This document shows, piece by piece, positions 22,907 to 33,136 of a stretch of 64,000 nt of DNA. The stretch lies in the sequence record SRR31156797_2200. The stretch is one strand, 5' to 3'. The number at the start of each line of letters is the position of its first letter. Within the stretch, counting starts at the first letter, position 1. A program made the position numbers and the translations under genes. The notes beneath the pieces were generated by a model. The model ran no database searches. It saw only the letters and a program-made list of their open reading frames with translations, and was not told the origin of the DNA.

Positions 22907-24697
22907 TTACGGGTGAGTGATCGGTTGGGTAGCTTGTTTTAGCCACGCTTTCACTTCACCTTCCACAAGCGGGCTAACTTCATCCCATACTTTCTGGTGG
23001 TAATCATTCAGCCAGTTAAGCTCTGGCTTTGTCAGCATATTGACGTTAATTGCGCGAACATCAATAGGGCAACGAGTCAGTGATTCAAAGCCGTTAACAT
23101 TGAAGTCACCCTGAGTTTCAACTTCTACGACCAACTCTAGGTTCTCAATGCGGATACCAAAGCCGTCAGCTCGGTAATAACCTGGTTCGTTAGACAGAAC
23201 CATCCCCGGCAATAATGCGACGTTATTAAACACTTTGCTAATACGCTGTGGCCCTTCGTGAACACTTAGGAAATGACCAACGCCATGGCCGGTGCCGTGA
23301 TCATAGTCGTAACCATTTGCCCATAAATGTTGGCGCGCAAGTATGTCAAGCTGGTGGCCACAAGTGCCTTTCGGGAAGCGGGCTTTAGCCAATGCAATAT
23401 GACCTTTAAGTACTAAGGTAAACTGTTGCTTCATTTCCTCGCTGACTTCACCAATCGCGATAGTACGCGTGATGTCTGTTGTACCATCGGTGTACTGACC
23501 ACCTGAATCCACCAGATAAAGCGTATTCATTTCCAGCTTACCTGGCTCTGTTTGGTTCATGTGATTGTAGTGACACATTGCAGCATTGGTGGTTGCTGCC
23601 GAGATCGTATCAAAACTTAAATCTGCCAGTGTTGGGTCTAGTTCACGGAACTGTTGCAGCTGATCAGAAAGCACCGCTTCATTATGAAGCTTACCGGCTG
23701 CCACTTCGCTATCAAGCCACGAAAGGAATTTTGCCATCGCTGCGCCATCACGAATATGACACGCCTTCATGCCTTTAATTTCAGTCGCGTTCTTAGCTGC
23801 TTTTGGTAGCAAGCAAGGGTCAGCATCCTGAATGAGCTCTGCGCCAGCGTTTTGCAGAACCAGAGTAAACCAAGCATTGCTGGTGGCAGGGTCTACGATG
23901 ATCTTTTTGCTCGCAAGCTTCTCTAATTCAGATTGCAGAGTGTCTGGATGATGAACGCGTACACCTTGTCCAACATGTGACTCGAAGCCATCTGCTAATC
24001 GAGCTGGATCGAGGAAGAAATCGACACTTGCATCAGCATGGATAATCGCGTGAGAAAGCAGTACAGGCAGACGCGAAACATCCAGACCACGGATGTTTAA
24101 TAACCAACAGATAGAATCTAATTCGGTAAGAATGGCACAGTCTGCTTTCTTCGTGTTTAGGATTTGCGCGATTTCCTGACGTTTAGTTTGGCTGTTTACA
24201 CCCACTAAATCATCACTCATTAGACGCATATCAGAAACCACAGGAGCAGGGCGATCATGCCAAAGTTCGTCAATGGCATTACCTTCAGTTGCCACCAGGT
24301 GTAATTCTCCTGCCAGCTTGTTTTGAGAAGCCGTTAGCCAGCTTCCACGATGCATACGTGGGTCGTAACCGACTTTACTGCCTGCTGGCAGTGCAGATTG
24401 TAGCCAATCCAAATACGGTTCTTCGATAAGGTGGCGGTACTCAAACAGTTCTTGAGGAACTTGTTTACGGACTTGAACGGTATAGCGGCCATCAACAAAG
24501 ATTGCGGCAGCTTGTTGAGTAATCACTGCGGCACCTGCAGAACCAGTAAAACCGGTTAGCCAGTGTAGACGTTCATTGTGTGCTGGGACATATTCGCCAA
24601 GATACTCATCTTCATGAGGAATGATAAGTGCGTCTAAACTGTTACGTGTTAGCCAGTTACGAATTTCGCTAACGCGTTGGGAGATGGATTGGTACAT
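22907..24697 (-). CDS. Aminopeptidase P family (M24B) Xaa-Pro aminopeptidase
   Basis: DSGGQYTDGTTDITRT, HGTGHGVG, HEGP, NEPGYY and GIRIEN motifs. Confidence 0.92.
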   Translation of the reverse strand: MYQSISQRVSEIRNWLTRNSLDALIIPHEDEYLGEYVPAHNERLHWLTGFTGSAGAAVITQQAAAIFVDGRYTVQVRKQVPQELFEYRHLIEEPYLDWLQSALPAGSKVGYDPRMHRGSWLTASQNKLAGELHLVATEGNAIDELWHDRPAPVVSDMRLMSDDLVGVNSQTKRQEIAQILNTKKADCAILTELDSICWLLNIRGLDVSRLPVLLSHAIIHADASVDFFLDPARLADGFESHVGQGVRVHHPDTLQSELEKLASKKIIVDPATSNAWFTLVLQNAGAELIQDADPCLLPKAAKNATEIKGMKACHIRDGAAMAKFLSWLDSEVAAGKLHNEAVLSDQLQQFRELDPTLADLSFDTISAATTNAAMCHYNHMNQTEPGKLEMNTLYLVDSGGQYTDGTTDITRTIAIGEVSEEMKQQFTLVLKGHIALAKARFPKGTCGHQLDILARQHLWANGYDYDHGTGHGVGHFLSVHEGPQRISKVFNNVALLPGMVLSNEPGYYRADGFGIRIENLELVVEVETQGDFNVNGFESLTRCPIDVRAINVNMLTKPELNWLNDYHQKVWDEVSPLVEGEVKAWLKQATQPITHP

Positions 24698-24826
24698 CTT
24701 GTTGTTCTCCTAATAATTGTCCTTTTTGGATCTCACTCTTGGACTAGAACAGATAAGCTACTCGTTTTGTCTATCACACGCAAATGTGCTGATGCGGCGC
24801 TTACACAGAGTGTTATCTGTAGCTGT

Positions 24827-25768
24827 TTAACGTAAATGTAAGGTTTTTGTCTGTATGATTTGCCTTAACCAACTCAATGCTGGGTCATTTTCTCGGTCAC
24901 GATGCCAGAAAAGCGTATACGCCATTGGAGGAAATTCCAGTGGTAGAGGTAGCACGACTAAATCCAGCTGCTTTGCTACCAAGTGGGTAAAGTGGCTTGG
25001 CGCGGTAAAGACAAAATCGGTATAGGTACATAAACTGGCAGCGCTGTTAAAGTCTGGGACGGTAATCGCAATATCCCGTTCCTGTCCGAGATCGGCCAAT
25101 CGATAGTCCAAAAGCCAGCGGTCACTACCATCGCAACGAACCTGTACATGACGTAAAGCCAGGTATTGTTCCAAGTTCCATTGCCCTTTAAGAACAGGGT
25201 GATCTTTACGCACAACACACATTTGTGAATCTCGGTAGATCTCCTGCTCGCAGATATCTGGCGGAGGCAACATCGTTAGCTTTGCATCGTTGATATCAAT
25301 GTCTTTTCCGGTGATACCGATATCCAATTCACCCAATTGTAACTTCTTAAAGGTTTGATCGGTCCAAGGGTGAGTACTGATGTTCAGGTTGGGCCCTTGC
25401 ATAAAGATCGCAGGTAAAAAGTGAGGAAGAATCAAAGGGTAGACACTCTCCACCGCGGCAATATGAAAGCGATATTCACTCGATTGAGGTGAAAACTGTT
25501 CTGGTTGGGTGATCAGTTCTAAATGGTCGACTAAGGTTTCCAGTTTGGGTTTTAAAAACAACAGTTTTGGTGTCGGTTTTAAACCGTGAGCCGTTCTTAA
25601 AAACAGCGGGTCGTCGAACTGCTCACGCAGTTTTGACAGGGATTTACTGACCGCTGACTGGCTTAAATGTAATCGGCTTGCAGCGCGAGTCACACTAAGT
25701 TCCTCGGCAAGAACTTGCAAGCAGACTAATAAATTGAGATCGATACGCGCGAGTTTTTCGATTTTCAT
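24827..25768 (-). CDS. LysR-family regulator (YidZ-like)
   Basis: DLNLL..SVTRAASRLHLSQSAVS HTH and DDPLFLR. Confidence 0.9.
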   Translation of the reverse strand: MKIEKLARIDLNLLVCLQVLAEELSVTRAASRLHLSQSAVSKSLSKLREQFDDPLFLRTAHGLKPTPKLLFLKPKLETLVDHLELITQPEQFSPQSSEYRFHIAAVESVYPLILPHFLPAIFMQGPNLNISTHPWTDQTFKKLQLGELDIGITGKDIDINDAKLTMLPPPDICEQEIYRDSQMCVVRKDHPVLKGQWNLEQYLALRHVQVRCDGSDRWLLDYRLADLGQERDIAITVPDFNSAASLCTYTDFVFTAPSHFTHLVAKQLDLVVLPLPLEFPPMAYTLFWHRDRENDPALSWLRQIIQTKTLHLR

Positions 25769-25871
25769 CTGTTTTTCCTCAAAGGAATATTACTGATGAT
25801 TATATGCCATTTGGATTCATAACATCATTCTTCTATGATGCATTTCCTATTTAACTTGGCTGGAACATAAA

Positions 25872-27068
25872 GTGAGCGCGACCTCTTCAACTGTGCAAAG
25901 TAAGCAGCAAATGATTTTATTAACTCTGTTGGTGCTGTTTAGCCCGTTGGCGATAGACATCTATTTGCCTGCGCTGCCACAAATCTCGCAAGCGTTTCAC
26001 GTGGAACATGCTCTGGCGCAAGACACGATTACATGGTTTTTATTTGCTATGGGTGTTGGTCAACTTTTTGCCGGACCGTTAGCGGATAAACTAGGACGTC
26101 GAACTGTTGCATTGGCAGGTGTTAGCATTTACATCGTGAGCGCTTTATTGGCGTGGAGTGCTCAGAATATTGAATGGATGCTAATGTCTCGTCTGCTACA
26201 AGGCTTAGGTGCGTGTGCAACATCGGTAGCAGCCTTTGCGACAGTTCGCGATATTTTTGGCCCAGAGCGTAGTGGTAAGATGATTAGCTACCTGAATGGT
26301 GCTATCTGTTTCATTCCGGCTTTGGCACCTATTATGGGTAGCTGGTTAACTCAGCAGTTTGGCTGGCGTTCAAACTTTAGCTTTATGGCTGGCTTTGGTC
26401 TGTTGGTTGGTTTTTGGTTGCTGCTTAAAATGAAAGAAACTAACCCAAGCACAGAGAAACAAGCGGTATTTAAATTATCGCGTTATTGGTCTGTGTTAAA
26501 GACGCCGACATTCCTGTTTCATGCTTCTCTTTGTATGTTAGCGATGGCCGTCATTCTGGCTTATGTTACTTCAGCACCTGTCGTGTTAATGGAAAACCTG
26601 GGCCTAACCATGAATGAGTTCACTTTCTGGTTTGGTGTGAATGCGGTGGTCAATATTATTGCTTGTTTATCCGCGCCTAAGCTGATGGATAAATGGGGGA
26701 CGCATACCACACTTGTTGGCGGTATTGCCACGTTGATTATTGGTGGTGCGTTGATGTTAGGTATGGCCTCACAAGATACCGCTCTAGCGTTCATGTTGCC
26801 GATATTCTTCTCATCAATTGGCTTTGCTTGGATTCTTGGTGCCGCTGCCGGTAAAGCACTTGCTCCTTTTGGCGATAAAGCGGGAACCGCAGCGGCGTTA
26901 CTCGGCTTATTCCAAATGAGTGGCGCGGGGCTGGTTGTCGGTTGTGTTCAGCGTTTGAACATGGAACCTCAGGTGATGATTTCAATGCAAATGTGGTTAG
27001 TGGCACCGGCTTTGATCATTCTCTTTTCCAAGACGGGAAAGAATTGGCATCGGATTGCATATCAATAA
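25872..27068 (+). CDS. Bcr/CflA-family MFS drug efflux transporter
   Basis: IDIYLPALP and GPLADKLGRR motifs; about 12 TM segments. Confidence 0.9.
   Translation: MSATSSTVQSKQQMILLTLLVLFSPLAIDIYLPALPQISQAFHVEHALAQDTITWFLFAMGVGQLFAGPLADKLGRRTVALAGVSIYIVSALLAWSAQNIEWMLMSRLLQGLGACATSVAAFATVRDIFGPERSGKMISYLNGAICFIPALAPIMGSWLTQQFGWRSNFSFMAGFGLLVGFWLLLKMKETNPSTEKQAVFKLSRYWSVLKTPTFLFHASLCMLAMAVILAYVTSAPVVLMENLGLTMNEFTFWFGVNAVVNIIACLSAPKLMDKWGTHTTLVGGIATLIIGGALMLGMASQDTALAFMLPIFFSSIGFAWILGAAAGKALAPFGDKAGTAAALLGLFQMSGAGLVVGCVQRLNMEPQVMISMQMWLVAPALIILFSKTGKNWHRIAYQ
25993..26008. other. parS variant inside the MFS gene
   Basis: CGTTTCACGTGGAACA fits the parS consensus NGTTNCACGTGNAACN. Confidence 0.7.
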
Positions 27069-27178
27069 CTGTGTAAGCGTAAGTAAAGAAGGATTTCGGC
27101 TATTTTCTAAATAATAATATAGGTGTATATTGTTCAGCCTATCGTCAATATTAATTGTTTATTGGAATCAAATAGCCG

Positions 27179-27460
27179 ATGTCACTGACCACTTACGAAA
27201 TGGCTCGTGTATTAGAACAGCTAGAAGACTCTCCTGAAAAGGTGATGTTTGGTAAGTTACTTAACGAATTGGGCAACCAAAGTAGTGAACGAGTACGTAG
27301 TGCTGCAAAACAAGTTCCTCTCACAGTATTGCGTGATCTTGTTTATCAATTTCAACAAGTGATTGAGTCTCGTAAAGATGAGCAAGTAGATCTCATGGCC
27401 AAAAAGCTCGCGCAGCAAGGTATTTCTGCTGAAGATTTAATGAAGTATCTGAACAAGTAA
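27179..27460 (+). CDS. tsrA: H-NS-like co-silencer TsrA
   Basis: 93 aa resembling the H-NS oligomerisation domain (QQGISAEDL); lies between an MFS gene and asnC as recalled for V. cholerae VC0070. Confidence 0.75.
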   Translation: MSLTTYEMARVLEQLEDSPEKVMFGKLLNELGNQSSERVRSAAKQVPLTVLRDLVYQFQQVIESRKDEQVDLMAKKLAQQGISAEDLMKYLNK

Positions 27461-27470
27461 GCCGGATTTT

Positions 27471-27504
27471 AAAAAGCCCAAGAACGTTGTGTCTTGGGCT
27501 TTTT
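27471..27504. terminator. Bidirectional terminator
   Basis: AAAAAGCCCAAGA...TCTTGGGCTTTTT between convergent genes. Confidence 0.8.
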
Positions 27505-27527
27505 ACTTTTTGAAGCCGTTCAAAAAG

Positions 27528-27992
27528 CTAAGGAATCACATTTCTATTGATTGGGTTTTGAAGGGAAATCAGCGTTTCTGTCGACTGAACTTCATCAATC
27601 GCCTGTAGCTTGTCTATCAATACATACTGCAATTCTTCAATCGATTTACACATCAGTTTAACGAAGATGTTGTAAGCACCAGTGGTGTAATACGCCTCGA
27701 CTACTTCATCCAATGCATTGAGCTTTTCCAGTGCTGAGTGGTAATCTCGCGCTGCGTTCAAGTTAATCCCGATAAAGCAGCAAACGTCATAGCCGAGCTT
27801 CTTACTGTTGACCACAACCTCAGTACCCTGAATGATATCCGCCGCTTTCATTTTTTCGATACGTACGTGGATAGTGGCAGGACTCACATTGAACTGCTTT
27901 GCCATTTCAGCGTATGGGGTACGAGCGTCGTCCATCAATATTTTGAGAATGGCGCGGTCAAGATCATCAAGCTTGGTAGAAGCAACTTGCAT
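27528..27992 (-). CDS. asnC: Lrp/AsnC regulator AsnC
   Basis: DARTPYAEMAK and VVEAYYTTG..STETLISLQNP; ATG at 27992. Confidence 0.92.
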   Translation of the reverse strand: MQVASTKLDDLDRAILKILMDDARTPYAEMAKQFNVSPATIHVRIEKMKAADIIQGTEVVVNSKKLGYDVCCFIGINLNAARDYHSALEKLNALDEVVEAYYTTGAYNIFVKLMCKSIEELQYVLIDKLQAIDEVQSTETLISLQNPINRNVIP

Positions 27993-28128
27993 ATTGGTTC
28001 CTAAGTAAAAGTACCTTTGAAGGCAGGAGCAGACTGCGCTCAACATCTTATCACATTGAAACCTTAGGTTTCTGGTGAAAATCCGCTACACTGACGCAGA
28101 TTTTTGATATTCATTACGGAGTTTTACT

Positions 28129-28920
28129 TTGCAATTACAACTGATTTGCGAAGCGGCTGAACGCGCATCTGAGCTGAATGAAATAGCGAAACGTTGGCAG
28201 TTAACCCACTGTGACGATAGCGTGTTTGCTTTAGTATTAACCAGTGAGCAGTTAGAACTTCGTAAAGTGGATGAACCTAAACTCGGCGCTATTTTCGTTG
28301 ATTGGGTCAGTGGTGCTGTCGCACATCGTCGTAAGTTTGGTGGTGGTAAAGGCCAGTCGATTGCTAAGGCTGCTGGCCTTAACAAAGGTGTGACACCCAC
28401 GGTTTTGGACGGAACCGCAGGGCTAGGGCGCGATGCGTTTGTATTAGCCTCACTCGGTTGTAAAGTGCAAATGGTAGAACGTCACCCTGTTGTTGCCGCC
28501 TTGTTGGATGATGGTCTTAATAGAGCCAAGCAAGACAGTGAAATTGGCCCATGGGTATCAGAGCGAGTGACGTTACTTCACGCCTCCAGCCATGATGCAT
28601 TGGATAACTTAGCCGATGATGAAAGCTTTGTTCGCCCAGATGTGGTGTACCTTGACCCAATGTATCCTCATCCTGAAAACAAAAAGAAGACCGCATTGGT
28701 GAAGAAAGAGATGCGCGTCTTCCAATCTCTAGTCGGCGCAGATAATGATGCAGATGCATTACTCGCCCCTGCGTTAAAACTTGCGACTAAACGCGTTGTG
28801 GTGAAACGTCCTGACTACGCAGAGTGGTTGGCTGAGCAAAAGCCGAGTATGGCAATAGAAACCAAAAAGAATCGTTTTGATGTTTACGTGATAGCGGGAA
28901 TGGCAGAAAGCAAAATCTAA
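28129..28920 (+). CDS. rsmJ: 16S rRNA m2G1516 methyltransferase (YhiQ)
   Basis: [26 protein letters not shown] and RVVVKRP motifs. Confidence 0.92.
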   Translation: MQLQLICEAAERASELNEIAKRWQLTHCDDSVFALVLTSEQLELRKVDEPKLGAIFVDWVSGAVAHRRKFGGGKGQSIAKAAGLNKGVTPTVLDGTAGLGRDAFVLASLGCKVQMVERHPVVAALLDDGLNRAKQDSEIGPWVSERVTLLHASSHDALDNLADDESFVRPDVVYLDPMYPHPENKKKTALVKKEMRVFQSLVGADNDADALLAPALKLATKRVVVKRPDYAEWLAEQKPSMAIETKKNRFDVYVIAGMAESKI

Positions 28921-28989
28921 CTTGCCTTTTTATCAGTGGAGAGTTATACATAACCAAGAATCATTATCATTACTGTTTTGGTTGTTGTT

Positions 28990-29373
28990 ATGGCTCAACG
29001 TCTATGTAAACTCAGTCGCCACGATATCGCGGCCTCTCTATCTGATATCCACCGTATTGTCACAGAACCTAAGTATCTGTGCCGCTCCTGTGCTCGTTCA
29101 TCGGCAGATAAAAACAGACTGTGTAAGCCTGAAGCTTTTAGCGTTTCAGCGCCTAAGTCAAAGACAGAAGATAAGGTCGATCTAAGCAGTAAATCTGCTT
29201 TGAAAGTGGCCAAGAAAACACTTAAAGCACAGAAAAAGTACCAGAAGAAGTTGGAAAAAGTGCTGAAGAAACAACGCAAGTTAGCCAAGAAACAGCAAGC
29301 GCTACAGGTGAAATTTTCTGAGTTAAATACAACTCAACCAAGTGAGTATTCACTTACTTCCCAATACCACTAA
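28990..29373 (+). CDS. Hypothetical protein with a Cys-rich N-terminus and Lys-rich coiled coil
   Basis: CRSCARS..LCKP; downstream terminator. Confidence 0.6.
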   Translation: MAQRLCKLSRHDIAASLSDIHRIVTEPKYLCRSCARSSADKNRLCKPEAFSVSAPKSKTEDKVDLSSKSALKVAKKTLKAQKKYQKKLEKVLKKQRKLAKKQQALQVKFSELNTTQPSEYSLTSQYH

Positions 29374-29380
29374 TGAAAAG

Positions 29381-29409
29381 AAAATGCCCATCAATGATGG
29401 GCATTTTTT
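29381..29409. terminator. Bidirectional terminator
   Basis: AAAATGCCCATC-AAT-GATGGGCATTTTTT. Confidence 0.8.
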
Positions 29410-29432
29410 ATTCTGAACTACGGTGTGAGCGC

Positions 29433-30320
29433 TTAAGCTTTGTCAGCTTGTTGGTAGCTCAAAGCAACTTTACGTTTTACCCAGGTCTCATTGATCCACA
29501 GTGACAACAGAATAATCGCGCCGCCAATAGATAGGCGAACTAGGTCTACGTCACGATTCCAGATTAGGATATTCACAATTAAACCTGCAGGTACGAGAGC
29601 GTTATTCATAATTGCCAATGCGCCAGCGTTAACTAAACATGCCCCTTTATTCCAAACAAAGTAGCCAACGCCTGAAGCAATCACGCCTAAGTAGATAAGA
29701 ATGCCCCATTGAAGCGATGTAGTGGGCAACTTGTCGGTGTTTCCAAGTAGTAGGAAAGCAATCGAAGCAACAACAAAAGCACCTAAATAGAAGTAACCGA
29801 AAATCGTGCGTTGTGGTAACTCGATTTGTTGCTCTTCCATCACATACTTATAAGCCACCTGACCAATGGCAAAGCACAAGTTCGCACCTTGAACCACTAA
29901 GAAACCAGTGAAGAAGTTTTCGTTGATTCCAGCAAATTTGATAAACACTGCGCCAGCAACGGCAATGGCCGCCGTGACTAAATACCAAGGTGAGAATCGA
30001 GCTTTAAGCATGTCGTATATGAGCGTGACATAAATCGGCGTAAACACGGTAAACAGCAATACTTCTGGAACAGAGAGCAATAGAAAAGATTGGTAGTAGA
30101 AGCAGTACATCAAACCGAGCTGAATACCGCCGATGGCCATCAGTTTGGCGATCAGGCCTTTTGGCACTTGCTTGAATTTAATGAAAGGTAAGAAGACAAC
30201 GCTTGCGAGAGCAACACGCATCCATACTGAAAACCAAGAATCAACCTGACCAGCGAGATAGACGCCGATCAGGCTAAATGAGAACGCCCAAAGAAGGGTA
30301 ATTGCAGATAAATAAAACAT
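29433..30320 (-). CDS. DMT/EamA-family transporter (YigM/BioP-like)
   Basis: LLWAFSFSLIG and PEVLLFTVFTPIYV; about 10 TM segments. Confidence 0.85.
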   Translation of the reverse strand: MFYLSAITLLWAFSFSLIGVYLAGQVDSWFSVWMRVALASVVFLPFIKFKQVPKGLIAKLMAIGGIQLGLMYCFYYQSFLLLSVPEVLLFTVFTPIYVTLIYDMLKARFSPWYLVTAAIAVAGAVFIKFAGINENFFTGFLVVQGANLCFAIGQVAYKYVMEEQQIELPQRTIFGYFYLGAFVVASIAFLLLGNTDKLPTTSLQWGILIYLGVIASGVGYFVWNKGACLVNAGALAIMNNALVPAGLIVNILIWNRDVDLVRLSIGGAIILLSLWINETWVKRKVALSYQQADKA

Positions 30321-30376
30321 ACATTACGTTGAGTAAATGAAAATTATCCGCATTCTATCTGATTTATAATTGTTCG

Positions 30377-30802
30377 TCAGTCGTTAAGTGGTACAACCAA
30401 CATGTCGACAGGTGAGCAATTAATGAGCTGTCTGGTTGATGATAGCAGTTTGCTCCAGAAATCTTGGTGATGTCCACACACAACAAGGTCGATATTGAAC
30501 TCTTTAATGGTGTCACATAGCTCGTTACTCAAGTCACCACTACCCACTAGAGTATGATTGATTGGGTAATTGGCATGGTCTGCCAACTCTTTTAACTGTG
30601 TTTGTGACGCTTCCATTGCATGGTGTTGAGTTTCTGCCAGATTAATATCAATTAATCCGGTATAGAGTTCGGCATAGTTGACGTCGATGTGAATAAACGA
30701 GATCGCAGCATCCAGAGGCGTCGCTAACGCAACGGCTTTGTCTACCAATAATTTACTTTCTTCAGAAAGATCTACTGCAACTAATATGTGTTTATAACCC
30801 AT
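30377..30802 (-). CDS. uspA: Universal stress protein A
   Basis: [11 protein letters not shown] and [14 protein letters not shown] motifs. Confidence 0.93.
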   Translation of the reverse strand: MGYKHILVAVDLSEESKLLVDKAVALATPLDAAISFIHIDVNYAELYTGLIDINLAETQHHAMEASQTQLKELADHANYPINHTLVGSGDLSNELCDTIKEFNIDLVVCGHHQDFWSKLLSSTRQLINCSPVDMLVVPLND

Positions 30803-30958
30803 GATGCCTTCTCCATTCAGGTTGATAATTAAACTTTAGCACCTAGTTAGAATCTTTTTTGCCATGATGATCTCATATCCATATCTATTGATGCTGTTGT
30901 TCTCACTAACAAATAAGTTATAGTGATTTTAGTTTGCACAATGATTTAGGAGCGATCT

Positions 30959-31486
30959 ATGCTTTCAGAAGCGATGGTTGATCAATTGAATGATCAAATT
31001 AACCTCGAATTTTTCTCATCCAATCTATACTTACAAATGAGTGCTTGGTGTGAAGATAAAGGATTCGAAGGTGCAGCTGAGTTTTTAAGAGCTCATGCAG
31101 CAGAAGAAATGGGACACATGCAGCGTTTGTTTACTTATGTTAGTGAGACTGGAGCGTTGCCAATCTTAGGTGCAATTGAAGCTCCTCGACATAATTTTGC
31201 AAGTTTAGGTGAAGTGTTTCGTGAAACCTATGAACATGAGCGAATGATTACTGAAAAAATTAATAAGCTTGCTCATGCTGCATTCACATCGCAAGACTAC
31301 TCAACATTTAACTTCCTTCAGTGGTACGTTGCGGAGCAACATGAAGAAGAGAAGTTGTTTAAAGGGATTTTAGACAAGCTAGAACTTGTTGGTGAAGATG
31401 GTAAAGCGTTGTTCTTTATTGATAAGGATCTAGCGGCATTGGCACAAGAAGGCTCATCTTCTGTAATGGATGCCCCAGCTGCTTAA
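30959..31486 (+). CDS. ftnA: Non-heme ferritin
   Basis: [18 protein letters not shown] and [13 protein letters not shown] motifs. Confidence 0.95.
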   Translation: MLSEAMVDQLNDQINLEFFSSNLYLQMSAWCEDKGFEGAAEFLRAHAAEEMGHMQRLFTYVSETGALPILGAIEAPRHNFASLGEVFRETYEHERMITEKINKLAHAAFTSQDYSTFNFLQWYVAEQHEEEKLFKGILDKLELVGEDGKALFFIDKDLAALAQEGSSSVMDAPAA

Positions 31487-31562
31487 TTGCAGCGGAAAGA
31501 CAGCTGTCACGATCGTCTTTTTCTCCGGGTAGCCCTCTTACTTGAGATGTAGGGAGGAAAAG

Positions 31563-31886
31563 ATGATCAGTGGAGATACCATTCTATTAGCGCTAATGAT
31601 TGTTACTGGTATTAACGTAGCAAGATACCTAACTGCGCTGCGAGCTCTGATTTATATCATGCGAGAAGCTCACCCGTTACTTTATCAGCAAGTTGACGGA
31701 GGGGGATTTTTCACCACACATGGCAATGTGTCCAAGCAGGTTCGCCTCTACCATTACTTGAAAAGTAAAGAGTACCTTCATCACCATGATGAAGTGTTTA
31801 CAGGTAAGTGCGATCGCGTGCGTGAGCTATTTATTCTCTCTTGTTCTCTTGTGGTATTTACCTCAGTCGTTGCGTTTATGATTTAA
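31563..31886 (+). CDS. uspB: Universal stress protein B
   Basis: [17 protein letters not shown] and [12 protein letters not shown] at 31563. Confidence 0.9.
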   Translation: MISGDTILLALMIVTGINVARYLTALRALIYIMREAHPLLYQQVDGGGFFTTHGNVSKQVRLYHYLKSKEYLHHHDEVFTGKCDRVRELFILSCSLVVFTSVVAFMI

Positions 31887-31996
31887 ACAGCTAAACGACT
31901 TGGTAACAGTGAACATTTACCGTTAAAATGCCGCTTCAAGTGAGTGAGGACGTACCGCTGTACGTCCTTTTTTATTGCTGAATTTTGGTATGAGTC

Positions 31997-33006
31997 ATGA
32001 GTGAAAAAGTTGATGTTGTTATCCTGGGCGCTGGTGCTGCTGGCTTAATGTGCGCGGCGCAGGCAGGAAAACGAGGCCGTAAAGTGTTGGTGATTGACCA
32101 TGCTAAAAAGCCGGGGCGTAAAATCCTGATCTCAGGTGGTGGTCGATGCAACTTCACCAACTATGACGTTTCGGCTGAAAACTACTTGTGCCGCAACCCA
32201 CATTTCGTCAAATCAGCACTTTCCCAATATACCAATTGGGATTTCATCTCCATGGTCAGCAAATACGGTATCGAGTTTGAAGAGCGGTCTCACGGACAGC
32301 TGTTCTGCTTAGATTCGGCCAAAGACATCGTAAAAATGCTGCTGGATGAGTGTGACATGCCAAACATCGAGCAACGTTACCAAATCGAAACTCTCGAAAT
32401 TAAGCAAACTGAGCAAGGCTTTACTCTGCATACTTCCCAAGGCGATATTGAGTGTGAATCTTTGGTGGTGGCGACCGGTGGTCTTTCTATGCCTAAGCTA
32501 GGAGCGACTCCGTTTGGCTATAAAGTGGCGCAGCAGTTTGATTTACCTGTGCATAGCACAACGGCTGGCTTAGTGCCTTTTACTCTGCATGTTGAAGATA
32601 AAGAGGCACTAGCGGAGCTTTCTGGTATTGCTGTGCCTTGTGAGATTGAAGCGGAATGTGGCAAAACGTTTAAAGAAGCACTGCTGTTTACTCACCGTGG
32701 GTTATCTGGCCCTTCGGTTTTACAAATCTCTTCATACTGGAAACCTGGCCAGGCGGTGAGCATTAACTTAGTGCCTGAAGTCGATGTGGACGAGCTGTTA
32801 ACTCGCTCACGCGAAAAGCACCCGAATCAGACGCTGAAAAACACGTTAGCCCGGGTATTGCCAAAACGTCTCGTTGAAGTGTTTATTGAGCGTAAATTGC
32901 TGGTGGATAAACCGCTTAAGCAGTTCAATCCTAAAGAGTTAGAAGAAGTTAAAGTAGCGTTAGAGCAATGGAAAGTGGTGCCAAACGGTACAGAAGGCTA
33001 CCGCAC
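31997..33006 (+). pseudogene. yhiN: Host yhiN/RdsA (HI0933-family flavoprotein), 5' part (codons 1-336), interrupted by the island
   Basis: GAGAAG, GRKILISGGGRCNFTN, ATGGLSMP and LFTHRGLSGP. Homology stops at NGTEGYRT; the last residues KIFLTH* are read from the island end. Confidence 0.92.
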
Positions 33007-33011
33007 CAAGA

Positions 33012-33039
33012 TATTCCTAACACACTAAGTTGTCAAAAT
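33012..33039 (+). repeat. Left terminal inverted repeat of the island
   Basis: TATTCCTAACACA-C-TAAGTTGTCAAAAT; both blocks are the exact reverse complement of blocks at 53111-53142. Confidence 0.9.
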
Positions 33040-33136
33040 CGGAGTTAATACTTAATTTAAGCATATGTTCTATAATGATATTGCTTGATTTTTAAGTGTT
33101 TATTTTTGATTAAAATAATGACAATTAGGTGGGTTC

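Noticed and set aside
30820-30890. Fur boxes between uspA and ftnA
   Set aside because: Only partial GATAAT-like matches; plausible biologically but not supportable by eye.
33005-33006. AC dinucleotide at both island junctions as a target-site duplication or att core
   Set aside because: Too short to be meaningful, and the A on the right side belongs to the inverted repeat.
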